From NCBI GenBank assembly GCA_043736155.1, contig JAYTDA010000172.1, positions 1,516 through 65,515 on the forward strand: 64,000 nt of DNA. Direction: 5' to 3'. Positions 46,892 to 55,709 of the stretch are shown here, one piece after another. A program made the translations under genes and the position numbers. The notes below the pieces were generated by a model. It had not been told where the DNA came from. It saw nothing but the letters and a program-made list of their open reading frames with translations, and searched no databases. Positions within the stretch are counted from its first letter, which is position 1, and each line of letters opens with the position of its first letter. This DNA is from Paracoccaceae bacterium. GTDB taxonomy: Bacteria > Pseudomonadota > Alphaproteobacteria > Rhodobacterales > Rhodobacteraceae.

Positions 46892-49837
46892 TCAACTCCA
46901 GAAGGGGGCGGCATCAGCGCCCCAGAAAGATGCAGTGTCCGCCAGCCAAAAGAGCCCGATCAGGGAGCCGACCGTCGTTGCATTCCACGGCCCGGCCCCA
47001 AGGCCGACGCCGCGCACCCGGATCAGCGTCTTGGCCGGGGCCAGCAGCTGCAACACATAGGAGGTTGCGGTGGTGTCGGCGACCCTTGTCCAGGTGACGT
47101 TCGGATCGGCGGGATCAGTGCCTTCGGCCATTTCCAGCCGGTAATGATCGGCCCCCGGCGCGGGCTGCCAGGCGATCAGAACCCTTGTGCTGTCGCCGGG
47201 CATCGCGCGCCCGATCAGCCCGGTGACAACGGGCAGGGTCACGACGCGCGGCAAGGAACTCATGATGACCGGCGGCGCCACCACGCCCTGATCGGCGGTA
47301 TGGACCGACGGATCTTCGGTGATCGCCTCGATCTCCACATGGTGCAGCCCGCGCGGGCGCACCGCCGCCACGCGTGCCAGCGCATAGAGCGTGCTGGCCA
47401 GGCCGAAGGCGACATGGGTCCGCTCTTCATTGCCGCCGACATAGGGGGTGATGTCGGGAGCAACCGTCAGAATGACCTGGGTGGGGATCGCGCCGGGGCG
47501 CACCGCCCAGGGGCCGCTGTTGGCACCACCGCGCTTGCGCAGGCCGACATAGTGCGTCCCGGTGCCGAAGGTGACGGGTTCGCTCAGGCTCAGCGTCAGG
47601 GTGCCCGCGTCCCAGGCCACCGCCTCGGCCGCCTGACCCCAGCCGATCATCTCGTGCTGGACCGAAATCAGATCGCCAAAGCTCGGGATGAAGCCTTCCA
47701 TCTCGGTGGCGAACTTCACCGGCCGGCGGCGGTAGCGGTTGACAGCGGCAAGATAAAGACCCTCGCGCAGCGCCTGTGCCCCGTCGGTGATGCCGAAGGT
47801 CTCGACGGTCACCGGTTTCAGGGCGGTGCTGCCCGGCAGAGTGGCGGTCACCGAGTTCGGGGCCCAGATCGCGGCGTCGAAGAACCGCACCCGGATCGAA
47901 TCGGCGGTGGCGTCGTTGGCCAGCAGATGGTCGATCTCGAACGATCCGCGCAGGATGTTGCGCGTCGTGAACATTGCCACCGGGACCGATGCCGCCTGAT
48001 CGCGCACCACCCGCAGAATGCCGCCTTGCAAAAAAGGTCGCGCGCGGCCTGCCACGGCAATCCTGGTCACCGCGTCCCACCAGGTGCCGGTCTGGTCGAA
48101 CCGCCCGTTGAAACCGTCGCCGCGTGCCGCCCAGATCGCATCGAGGGCCAGCAGGGCCGCCAGATCGATGCGGGCGTCGGCCAGACCGGCACCATAGGTC
48201 GCATCGCGCGCCGCGTCGGCAATCGCCCAGGCGGGGGATGTGGTGGCCACCGGGGCCGACCAGCTGACACCGTTCCACACCGGCAGCTTGCGGGTGGCCA
48301 GCACCTTGATCCGGCGGCTGGCCTGCGCCGACAGGTTGTTGGAGGCGCGCATCCGGATCGCCAGCAGGGTGACCGCGCCAAACGACTGCGGCTCGCGCAG
48401 ATAGGCGCGGAGCGCGGTCACTGCGACCTCGTGGCCGACGCCACTGGTCAGATCCTTGACGTCGGCCCGGAAGGCGCGCACCCGGTAGCGTCCGGGGGTG
48501 ACCGGATAGCTGAAGCTCTTGCGCACCGGGGTGCTGGTGCGGTCGGTCAGGGTCTCGGTGGCCAGGTCAACCCAGGGGCCGGTGGCCACTCCGGCATTGT
48601 CGACCGGCACCGCCTGGAGGGTCACCGACGCGCTTTTGTCAACCAGGTTGGAACCCGACAGGCCATAAAGCCCGTAAGGCAGCACCAGATCGACCGCCAA
48701 CCGGTTGGCCAGCGATCCGGCGGCATTGGCCACGAAGCCCGAAACCCCTCCCATGAGGCTGAAGATGTTCACAGTGCCGGACCCGGCACCGGTCGGACCG
48801 GTGACAGTGAAGGTGTCGGTGGCGACTCCCGTGATCGTGTAATATTCGGTTGGACCGCCGCCGGTGGTAAAGTTCAGATGGACACCCTGGCCCACGGCAC
48901 GGCCATGGGCCACTTGCGTCACGGTGATCGTGGTGGCGCTGCGGCTCCAGGTGCCGGTCATCAGCCCGGCCAGCGTCTGACCCGACACTTCCACCGACGA
49001 AATCACCGCCGACGGGAACAGGGTCAGGGCACCGCCGGGTGGCACGATCTCGGTGGTGACTTCGCTGAACGCGGTGATCGGGGTGTCCTCGATGCGGATA
49101 TCCTCGATGGCGAACTCGCCTGCGCCAAGACACATCAGCTGATACAGGAACAATTCGCCGCCGACGAACTCGGTATAGGGCATCGCCGCCAGATCGGGGC
49201 TCATGAGCAGCCGGCCATACTGCACCGGAATCGCATTCTCCAGCCGGGCCGCGTTGCCCTGGGCTTGCAGGCTGTAGGTCGGGCTGGCGGCAGGGATCGA
49301 CAGCGCGCCGGAGGATTGCTGCGGTACCAGGGCGCTGACCAGCGCCTGCCCGGCAAAGGTCAGACCGATCACCGTGGCATTGCCAAGGGCGGTAAAGGCG
49401 GTGACCCCGGTAAAGATGTTGAAGGACGAAAAGGCAGGCCCGAGCAGCCCGACGGCAAAGGGCGCAAAGACCATGATCAGCAGACTGAGCACGAGCTGCA
49501 ACGGGTTGCTGCCCCGGTCGAGCGGCAGGGTCCAGAACACCAGGTGATCGCCGTTGCGCAACCGCCGCCGCCAGCCTGCCCGCTTGAGCGGCCGGCCATT
49601 CAGGATCGCCACCACCGGCGCATTTCCGACTGGTGCCAGGCGGCGCACCCGCAGCGGGCGGCGCAAGGTGAGCTTGTAGCTGAAGCCTTCGATCTGAATG
49701 CCCGACGCCCCGCACCATGCCGCCGGTTCGCAGAGCCTGGTGATATGGGCGCGCACCTCTTCGATGTCCCAGCCCTGCACCCGTTCAAGGTAACGCAGCA
49801 CGGCATGGTCGCTGACATGGACAGGGGGGCGTTTCAC
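46892..49837 (-). CDS. host-specificity protein: gpI-like N-terminal part fused to a gpJ-like tail tip protein
   Basis: Ubiquitin-like plus hydrophobic segment like lambda gpI (VVAILNGRPLKRAGWRRRLRNGDHLVFWTLPLDRGSNPLQLVLSLLIMVFAPFAVGLLG). Then a J-like core (SPTYSLQAQGNAARLENAIPVQYGRLL...). C-terminal FN3-like WQPAPGADHYRLEMAEG. There is no ATG upstream of the gpI-like segment; the GTG at 49837 overlaps the gemA stop (GTGA). Confidence 0.75.
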   Translation of the reverse strand: MKRPPVHVSDHAVLRYLERVQGWDIEEVRAHITRLCEPAAWCGASGIQIEGFSYKLTLRRPLRVRRLAPVGNAPVVAILNGRPLKRAGWRRRLRNGDHLVFWTLPLDRGSNPLQLVLSLLIMVFAPFAVGLLGPAFSSFNIFTGVTAFTALGNATVIGLTFAGQALVSALVPQQSSGALSIPAASPTYSLQAQGNAARLENAIPVQYGRLLMSPDLAAMPYTEFVGGELFLYQLMCLGAGEFAIEDIRIEDTPITAFSEVTTEIVPPGGALTLFPSAVISSVEVSGQTLAGLMTGTWSRSATTITVTQVAHGRAVGQGVHLNFTTGGGPTEYYTITGVATDTFTVTGPTGAGSGTVNIFSLMGGVSGFVANAAGSLANRLAVDLVLPYGLYGLSGSNLVDKSASVTLQAVPVDNAGVATGPWVDLATETLTDRTSTPVRKSFSYPVTPGRYRVRAFRADVKDLTSGVGHEVAVTALRAYLREPQSFGAVTLLAIRMRASNNLSAQASRRIKVLATRKLPVWNGVSWSAPVATTSPAWAIADAARDATYGAGLADARIDLAALLALDAIWAARGDGFNGRFDQTGTWWDAVTRIAVAGRARPFLQGGILRVVRDQAASVPVAMFTTRNILRGSFEIDHLLANDATADSIRVRFFDAAIWAPNSVTATLPGSTALKPVTVETFGITDGAQALREGLYLAAVNRYRRRPVKFATEMEGFIPSFGDLISVQHEMIGWGQAAEAVAWDAGTLTLSLSEPVTFGTGTHYVGLRKRGGANSGPWAVRPGAIPTQVILTVAPDITPYVGGNEERTHVAFGLASTLYALARVAAVRPRGLHHVEIEAITEDPSVHTADQGVVAPPVIMSSLPRVVTLPVVTGLIGRAMPGDSTRVLIAWQPAPGADHYRLEMAEGTDPADPNVTWTRVADTTATSYVLQLLAPAKTLIRVRGVGLGAGPWNATTVGSLIGLFWLADTASFWGADAAPFWS

Positions 49838-50337
49838 CTGCCGGCCCCGCCCCGGTCTTGCAGACGCCGCACCTCGATCCCGGCGCGTTTGCACATCGCC
49901 TTCAGCGCATCGACCACGTCCTTGATTTCGCGCCAGTCGCGCATCGCATCGACATCGATCGGCACATGGCCCCAATGCGCCGCGAACCGCGCCCGGATAA
50001 AGGCGTTCAGTCCCTTTGGCCCGGCCACCTTCACCGCCCCCTGCTCTGCCAACAGCCGCCACAGCACATGGGCATAGCGAATATCGCCGCGCTCGGCCGC
50101 CGGGCGACCGGTCTTCACACCGGGCCGCGAGTGGTCGGGGTTGAAGCCCGGTTCAAATCCTCTGGCTTTCAGCGCCGCCAGCACCGCCTCCAGATCGGCC
50201 TGCCCCATGTCGCACATCGAGGATTTGCCGGTGACCAGCAGCTGCAGGTCGTGCCTTGTCTCGCCGTCGATGCCCAGTTCGCGGCAGCCGACATGCACCA
50301 GCTTTTGCAGAGCGGCCTTTTGCGATGGGGCTTTCAT
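49834..50337 (-). CDS. gemA: Mu gp16/GemA-like protein (DUF1018)
   Basis: MKAPSQKAALQKLVHVGCRELGIDGETRHDLQLLVTGKSSMCDMGQADLEAVLAALKARGF... shows the typical GemA family pattern. Confidence 0.8.
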   Translation of the reverse strand: MKAPSQKAALQKLVHVGCRELGIDGETRHDLQLLVTGKSSMCDMGQADLEAVLAALKARGFEPGFNPDHSRPGVKTGRPAAERGDIRYAHVLWRLLAEQGAVKVAGPKGLNAFIRARFAAHWGHVPIDVDAMRDWREIKDVVDALKAMCKRAGIEVRRLQDRGGAGR

Positions 50338-50798
50338 GGCGCGCTCCTTTGCGTCCGACCCGACGAAAATCCCCGAAACACCTGGGCCGCGTGATCGAAC
50401 TTTGCCCTGACCACCATGGCGTGGCGCAACTGATCCTCAGCTTTCTCCCTGGTGAACTCGGCCACCGATCGCAGCACCCTGTGCCCACCGGGCTGGCGCA
50501 GCGGCAGTCCAAGCCGCCGCGCCGTCTTTGAAATCGTCGTAAAATGGACGTTGAAATGCGCGGCCATCGCGCTGGCCGCCACATTGCCCAACCACAGGTC
50601 CGCAAATTCAGCCTCGTCTGGCGGCAAGATGGAATATCGGGTGCCCAATTTTCGCGCTGGCAGCCCCAGCGCCTTGGCCCGCAGCCAGATGTTTGACCGT
50701 GTCAGCCCAACCTCGGCAGCGGCCTCTGCCGTGGTCAATCGCGGGTCAAGCCAGACCCGGCGGATCGCGGCGTTGGGAACATGCTTGTCGGCCATCAT
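50334..50798 (-). CDS. phage DNA-binding protein with two HTH-like segments
   Basis: TTAEAAAEVGLTRSNIWLRAKALGL and ASAMAAHFNVHFTTISKTARRLGL. GAGGTGG lies before the ATG; ATGA overlap with gemA. Confidence 0.6.
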   Translation of the reverse strand: MMADKHVPNAAIRRVWLDPRLTTAEAAAEVGLTRSNIWLRAKALGLPARKLGTRYSILPPDEAEFADLWLGNVAASAMAAHFNVHFTTISKTARRLGLPLRQPGGHRVLRSVAEFTREKAEDQLRHAMVVRAKFDHAAQVFRGFSSGRTQRSAP

Positions 50799-50823
50799 GC
50801 CACCTCGTGGATACAGTGGGCGC

Positions 50824-51060
50824 TCATTCCATCACCGACAGACCACAGACGCAGGCCATGCGCAGATGTGCCTTTCGCCCGACAATGGCGACATGCACCT
50901 TGCCGGTGCAGCGCGGGCATTCGCAGCTGCCCACCTCTTCCCCGGCCTCGACCAGTGCTTTCTTGACTGCCATCCCCACGGTGACCAGGGCCAGATAATG
51001 CTTCAGCCAACCGATTGTGGCCGGGTCATCGCTGGAAAGTTGCTTTGCCACGTCGCTCAT
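50824..51060 (-). CDS. small Cys-rich (zinc-ribbon-like) phage protein
   Basis: MSDVAKQLSSDDPATIGWLKHYLALVTVGMAVKKALVEAGEEVGSCECPRCTGKVHVAIVGRKAHLRMACVCG. CxC-x2-C ... CxC. ATGA overlap with the upstream gene. Confidence 0.6.
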   Translation of the reverse strand: MSDVAKQLSSDDPATIGWLKHYLALVTVGMAVKKALVEAGEEVGSCECPRCTGKVHVAIVGRKAHLRMACVCGLSVME

Positions 51061-51467
51061 GCTGCCACTCTTTCCTGCCGCTCGCGCCGCTCGCGCGGCA
51101 TTGCCCATTCGATCACCACGCCGCTGAAATCCCGCGCCCCGTGCCGCTCCAGCCAGAAGTGGGTCATGTCATCCTGGTCGGTGAACCCGTCGAGGGCGGC
51201 AAACATGTCGAGATCGCGCACCGGCACCTGGCCCACGTCGATCCGGGCGATCCGCGCGGTGGCGAAACTGATGGTGATCGGCAGCACCATGGTGCAGACC
51301 GGGTCCGGCACGATTTTCAGGCACTGCGCGGTTCGCATGCCGGTGAACAGCTGCAACCGCTCGCCGGGCCTTGCGTGCCGCTCGCGGTCGGCCCGGATGG
51401 TCTGCAACTTCAGCCCCGCCCGGATCAGCGGCGCAAACCGTGTTTGAAAGGAATAGGCGACCATCAT
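51057..51467 (-). CDS. ASCH (PUA-like) domain protein
   Basis: MMVAYSFQTRFAPLIRAGLKLQTIRADRERHARPGERLQLFTG... shows the S-x-x-Q/R-P..A..I..G.K..E.R pattern of ASCH domains. Confidence 0.65.
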   Translation of the reverse strand: MMVAYSFQTRFAPLIRAGLKLQTIRADRERHARPGERLQLFTGMRTAQCLKIVPDPVCTMVLPITISFATARIARIDVGQVPVRDLDMFAALDGFTDQDDMTHFWLERHGARDFSGVVIEWAMPRERRERQERVAA

Positions 51468-51670
51468 TCCGCCTCCAAGAGCGTCGAAGGCCGGAAGTAG
51501 GGTCGTTGCACGTCGATGCAGAGGTCAACTTTTTCTGGCCCGGCAATCACGCGGACAACGCCTTGTTTCACATAGCGTTGGACTTTCGGGTGGAGTGCGC
51601 CGCTTGCCGAAAACGCAACACTTGCTGGTAAGTGCCTGACCCAAACCGGAAGATAGGCTGAAGCCTTCAT
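51464..51670 (-). CDS. small phage protein, unknown function
   Basis: MKASAYLPVWVRHLPASVAFSASGALHPKVQRYVKQGVVRVIAGPEKVDLCIDVQRPYF... Coupled at both ends. Confidence 0.5.
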   Translation of the reverse strand: MKASAYLPVWVRHLPASVAFSASGALHPKVQRYVKQGVVRVIAGPEKVDLCIDVQRPYFRPSTLLEAE

Positions 51671-52302
51671 CACTGCCTCCCCTTGCGAAAGGCGGCGGCC
51701 TTGTGGGCCAATTTCGCGATGGCCATGATGCTGGGCTTCAGTGCGGCCGGGGCCGCGTCATAGCCGCGCCCGTACATGCCGTTCAGGCGCGGGGACATGC
51801 CGACCGGAAGTGCTTCCCAATTGGACGGGTCGGTGTTGGTCCTGTTGCCATCCAGGCACTTCAGCCGCATGCCGTCCGGCACCGGGCCGTTCACCCCTTC
51901 CCACAGCCAGCGGTGCTTTTGCACATAGCGGCGCGCGAAGCCGGTGTGCGGATTGGTTTCGGCGACGCTGATCTCGACATAGCCATCCCGCGTCACCCGT
52001 TCGTGCCCGAGGTATTTGGTGTTCCGGGGCTGTTGCCCCGATTTGAACTGGGTCCGGGCATTGTTCGGGTGCGCGGGCTGCCTCTTGCCCTTGTTGGCTG
52101 GCACATGCCCCGGCGCGTAGCCTTTGGCGATCCCATCGTTCCAGCCCTTGCGGATGCAAAGGCGTTTCACATTTTCAACGGTGACATCGCTGCGCCCGAA
52201 CCGGGCGCAGAAGCCTGTGTGCAACTGCGCGCGCGGCCAGTCCTTGTGCGCCTCGATCCACGCCAGCTCCTCCGGGATATAGTCGACCCTTGTCCGCTTC
52301 AT
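51670..52302 (-). CDS. HNH endonuclease (HNH_3 / phage homing-type)
   Basis: ...YVQKHRWLWEGVNGPVPDGMRLKCLDGNRTNTDPSNWEAL... is an HNH_3-like core (the second position is degenerate: K-C-L-D-G-N). The N-terminal WIEAHKDW..L...F..RFGR is typical of this phage family. Confidence 0.7.
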   Translation of the reverse strand: MKRTRVDYIPEELAWIEAHKDWPRAQLHTGFCARFGRSDVTVENVKRLCIRKGWNDGIAKGYAPGHVPANKGKRQPAHPNNARTQFKSGQQPRNTKYLGHERVTRDGYVEISVAETNPHTGFARRYVQKHRWLWEGVNGPVPDGMRLKCLDGNRTNTDPSNWEALPVGMSPRLNGMYGRGYDAAPAALKPSIMAIAKLAHKAAAFRKGRQ

Positions 52303-52535
52303 TCCGCCCTCCCGATCAAGGGCAGGTACGGCAGGATCACTTCGCGATGTTCGGCAAAGAGCTTTGCCGCCTTCAGCTGGGCCTCTGCGCTGCGCACTAC
52401 CTGATCCGCAACGGCTACGATGGCTTCCGCGCGCCGGACCTCAGTCTCGATCTGCTCTGCCTCCATCCCTTCCGCAGACAGCCGGTCCAGTTGCGCGAAG
52501 AGGTGGTTGTTCAAGTCGGAAAGCCTGCCTCCCAT
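52299..52535 (-). CDS. small helical phage protein
   Basis: MGGRLSDLNNHLFAQLDRLSAEGMEAEQIETEVRRAEAIVAVADQVV... ATGA overlaps on both sides. Confidence 0.5.
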   Translation of the reverse strand: MGGRLSDLNNHLFAQLDRLSAEGMEAEQIETEVRRAEAIVAVADQVVRSAEAQLKAAKLFAEHREVILPYLPLIGRAE

Positions 52536-52741
52536 CACTGCCACCCCGCCAACATGAACAGCAGAATGCTGGCCACAAAGAAAAACAGCGTGAGCAGGAA
52601 TACGAAGACTTCCTTCCTTTGTAACGACCTGGACAGTTGTTCAATCGGCAAACTGTTGGCTCCCATGCCAAAGACCCCCGCCGATATCAGTGCGGCGATG
52701 CCGAGGGCGATTGCGATAAGGCTCAGGATGGCTGAAGTCAT
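52535..52741 (-). CDS. small 2-TM membrane protein in a locally AT-rich patch
   Basis: MTSAILSLIAIALGIAALISAGVFGMGANSLPIEQLSRSLQRKEVFVFLLTLFFFVASILLFMLAGWQ. The ATG at 52741 was taken; the longer track ORF looks spurious. Confidence 0.6.
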   Translation of the reverse strand: MTSAILSLIAIALGIAALISAGVFGMGANSLPIEQLSRSLQRKEVFVFLLTLFFFVASILLFMLAGWQ

Positions 52742-52751
52742 CGCTGTCACC

Positions 52752-53462
52752 CTACGCACTTGCCAGATCGATGCTGACCGCCAGCCACGGCGCATCATGC
52801 CGGGCGCGCCGGTAGACCCGGACATAGGTCTTGCTGCCCACGATCCGCATCGCATCGCGGATCGCCGCCATCGCCCGCAGCCAGCGTGGATCGCTGATGT
52901 CCAGGCGCAGCAGCATGAAAATCTCCGACCGGTTGATCTGGCCCGCCTTGTCGGTGTTGAAGGCGCGAGTGACGATGGCGCGGATTTCAACCCTTGCGTC
53001 CGCCGCCCATTCGTTCAGGCATTCATCGACCAGCCCCTTGGCCACCTGCAACTCGGGGCCAAAGTCGATGTGGTCGGCGACCTGCACCTTGATCTGATAA
53101 AGCCCGTCATGGCTCATCAGCGTCTTGTTGCCTTTGGCTCCGCCGACCTTTGCGCCATATTCCTGTTCCAGCAGCGCCTCGAACCCGCCGATGTCGTCGA
53201 ATGTGTGCGCCTTGAACCGCCCGACCTGATCGGCCAGTGCGATGGCGTAACCCGCGACCTTGCGCACCATTTCGTCCTGCAGCAGATACTGCGCCTTGAT
53301 CAGGTCGATCGGCACCAGATTGCCTTTGGCGTCAGGCATGTAGACCTTGCCATCGACCGTCACCCGGCCATCAGGCACCGGCTCGGGCACATAGGTAGTG
53401 GGCGGAGCGCCGAACGCGGGATAGGCAAATTGTCCCGTCACAAGGGGTTTCTCAGGTGTCAT
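52752..53462 (-). CDS. DUF3164 family protein (conserved Mu-like early protein)
   Basis: ...DAKGNLVPIDLIKAQYLLQDEMVRKV...KGNKTLMSHDGLYQIKVQVADHIDFGPELQVAKGLVDECLNEW... Confidence 0.75.
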   Translation of the reverse strand: MTPEKPLVTGQFAYPAFGAPPTTYVPEPVPDGRVTVDGKVYMPDAKGNLVPIDLIKAQYLLQDEMVRKVAGYAIALADQVGRFKAHTFDDIGGFEALLEQEYGAKVGGAKGNKTLMSHDGLYQIKVQVADHIDFGPELQVAKGLVDECLNEWAADARVEIRAIVTRAFNTDKAGQINRSEIFMLLRLDISDPRWLRAMAAIRDAMRIVGSKTYVRVYRRARHDAPWLAVSIDLASA

Positions 53463-53686
53463 GTCGTCAGTCCTTTCCGGGAGGTTTCGATCAGGTCGGC
53501 ATAGGCGATGCGCTGTGGCGGGCCGGGCAGTGCGTTCGAGATCACGATCAGCGCGGCCATGGCGGCGATCTCGTCCATGCTGCAGAGCGTGGTGCCGCGT
53601 TCGCCCAGCAGGTCGACCTTGGCCACGCCACTACCGGCAAGCCGGTAGATTTCGGCCATGGTGAAGGGGGCGGGAGCGGCGTTCAT
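53459..53686 (-). CDS. small phage protein
   Basis: MNAAPAPFTMAEIYRLAGSGVAKVDLLGERGTTLCSMDEIAAMAALIV... ATGA overlaps on both sides. Confidence 0.5.
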   Translation of the reverse strand: MNAAPAPFTMAEIYRLAGSGVAKVDLLGERGTTLCSMDEIAAMAALIVISNALPGPPQRIAYADLIETSRKGLTT

Positions 53687-53910
53687 GCCTGCCCCTCGCC
53701 GAACAGCAGCCAGTCGGCCGACACCTTCAGACCCGCGCACAGCAGCGCGATCTGCCCGGCGCGCGGCTCGGTGCCCTGGTACAGGTAGCTTTCCAGCGTC
53801 GGCTTCGGCAGACCACAGGCGGCAGCGACCTGCGCCAGGGTCCCCAGATTGGCGGCGGCGCATTGCAGCCGCAGCGAGAATTCCTCGACGATGAACCGGG
53901 GATCAGCCAT
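53683..53910 (-). CDS. XRE/Cro-type HTH protein
   Basis: ...LGTLAQVAAACGLPKPTLESYLYQGTEPRAGQIALLCAGLKVSADWLLFGEG is a classic HTH_XRE ending. Confidence 0.7.
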   Translation of the reverse strand: MADPRFIVEEFSLRLQCAAANLGTLAQVAAACGLPKPTLESYLYQGTEPRAGQIALLCAGLKVSADWLLFGEGQA

Positions 53911-54307
53911 TGCTGTCCTCCGACTTGTTGCGCGGACAGGCGGGGCAGGCGCGGAACATGCTGACCCGCAGCGGATTGCCGCTGGCAAAGCTGCGCGCCT
54001 TGCGCCGCCACTCCTGGCATTCGTTGACCGGCAATTCGCCCAGGGCGGGGCAATCGATACGCATGTTGAGGTATGCCCCCATGAACAGCTCTTCAATGGC
54101 GCTGACAGAGCCTTCGTATTTGTTGCGCAGCACGGTGCTGATGACGGCACCGGAGCGGTTCAGCCGCGCCGCCACGGCTTTTTGCGAGCTGCGGGCGCAT
54201 TCCACCGCCAGCGCCTCGACCCATGTCGGCAGGGCGTCGCCCCAGGCGGCGCGGGCGATGTCCAGCGGGCTTTCCTTCGGGGTCAGGGCTTTGGGTGCGG
54301 CACTCAT
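53903..54307 (-). CDS. phage DNA-binding protein (HTH plus Cys cluster)
   Basis: ...SQKAVAARLNRSGAVISTVLRNKYEGS...CPALGELPVNECQEWRRKARSF...ACPACP. Confidence 0.55.
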   Translation of the reverse strand: MSAAPKALTPKESPLDIARAAWGDALPTWVEALAVECARSSQKAVAARLNRSGAVISTVLRNKYEGSVSAIEELFMGAYLNMRIDCPALGELPVNECQEWRRKARSFASGNPLRVSMFRACPACPRNKSEDSNG

Positions 54308-54855
54308 TTCGCACCGCCGCTGACATGAACGATTTCGCCCAGATTGTCGTCAAACACCGCCTTGACCCGGCGTTCGCGCGGCGGGCGCGGGCCGGTCATC
54401 CGGATCAGCCGGTAGATCGCCTCGCGCCGCCCCGGGATCGCAGTACGTTCAACCCGCAGATAGCCTGCCCTGAGCAGGGTCTGGCAATAGCCCTGTGCCG
54501 CTTCAATGCTGACCTGCACCGCGCCTGCGGTCGAATGGGCGGCGAGATCGGTCGGGGTGAAGCTTTTCAACCCGCGCATCGAGGTCCAGAGGTTCAGCGG
54601 AACTGATCCGTGCAGCTCCGGCGCCGGTGCGCGCTTGAAGTCGGGTTCCAGCGCAAAGATGTTGCGCAGTCCCGCACCGCTGGCGATGCGCCGCACCGCG
54701 CCTTCTGCCTCCCAGCCCCGGACAATTTCCGACGCGCGGTCCATGCTGATATGCAGATCGGCGCTGATCTGGTTGTAGCCAAAGCTGCCAAGCCGCAAGG
54801 CCAGCGCCCAGGCGGCATCCGCCACCGCCGCTTTGGTATCCGGAGTGATCCGCAT
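54304..54855 (-). CDS. phage protein with two winged-helix-like halves
   Basis: ...YNQISADLHISMDRASEIVRGWEAEGAVRRI... and ...AAQGYCQTLLRAGYLRV... The start codon shares one base with the stop codon of the MuB-like gene (TGATG at 54853-54857). Confidence 0.5.
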   Translation of the reverse strand: MRITPDTKAAVADAAWALALRLGSFGYNQISADLHISMDRASEIVRGWEAEGAVRRIASGAGLRNIFALEPDFKRAPAPELHGSVPLNLWTSMRGLKSFTPTDLAAHSTAGAVQVSIEAAQGYCQTLLRAGYLRVERTAIPGRREAIYRLIRMTGPRPPRERRVKAVFDDNLGEIVHVSGGAK

Positions 54856-55649
54856 CAGACGGCCCTCCGGCGGGCGTGACCCGCCACGGCAGTGGCGCGG
54901 CGTTCCTCGGCCATTTCCTCACGTCGCGGGGCCGGGGCTTCGCCGGTGAAAAACGCGCCTTTCCAGTCGGACCGTTGCATCCGGTTCAGACCGCGCACCC
55001 GGGCGAACTCGCTGACCATCGCCAGATTGACCGCCACCCGGCGGATCGACCGGCGCGACGCGGCCAGCAGATGGTCGCGCAGATCCCCGGCGATCTCGAT
55101 GCCGGGCGCATAGATCGGTGCCATGTGCCCGACATCGGCGAGACAGGCCGGTTCCGAGGCGACCCAGTCGAGCATCCGCCCATGCACCCGTTCCCAGCGT
55201 TGCAGCTTTTGCGGCAGCAGCTCCTCGCCGATCAGGATCACCGGCACCCCGCTGGCTTCATAAAGCCCGCGCACCACCTCGATCATCGCGTCTTTCGCCA
55301 GATGGTCGGCTTCATCCAGCAGCAGCGGCCGTCCCGACCGCGCCAGTTCCTCCGCCGCCTGGTTGAACATTTCCGGGGCGGTGCGGGCCGGGCGGTGGCC
55401 AAGCTCGATCACGATCTCCTGCAGCAAGGTCTTGGCGCGCCACAGCGCCTGCACCTGAATATGGCAGGCGCGGAACCGGTTGGTGGCATAGACCGCAGCG
55501 GTGGTTTTGCCATAGCCGGATGGTCCGTAGAATGTCGCCATCCCTGGCAACCCATGGGCGCGGCTCTTGACCCGCTCGATCAGGGTCAGCAGCGCCGCCA
55601 CGTTGCGCAGCGGTGCCACATTATTGTAAAGTCTCGGTTCGTCTGTCAT
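54855..55649 (-). CDS. MuB-like AAA+ transposition ATPase
   Basis: Walker A FYGPSGYGKTTAAVY, Walker B LLLDEADHL. Positioned directly after the transposase, as in Mu. Confidence 0.85.
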   Translation of the reverse strand: MTDEPRLYNNVAPLRNVAALLTLIERVKSRAHGLPGMATFYGPSGYGKTTAAVYATNRFRACHIQVQALWRAKTLLQEIVIELGHRPARTAPEMFNQAAEELARSGRPLLLDEADHLAKDAMIEVVRGLYEASGVPVILIGEELLPQKLQRWERVHGRMLDWVASEPACLADVGHMAPIYAPGIEIAGDLRDHLLAASRRSIRRVAVNLAMVSEFARVRGLNRMQRSDWKGAFFTGEAPAPRREEMAEERRATAVAGHARRRAV

Positions 55650-55709
55650 CCTGTATCCTCTGACTGCCCTCGTTTCGCCGGTGGGTGCCCCACACCCCCG
55701 GCGTTTGCC

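Noticed and set aside
47144-50077. 977-aa plus-strand ORF opposite the gpJ-like gene
   Set aside because: It shows the same antisense artefact (R/G/D/H/P-rich, no recognisable domains). The minus-strand frame has clear gpI/gpJ and FN3 features and is coupled to its neighbours.
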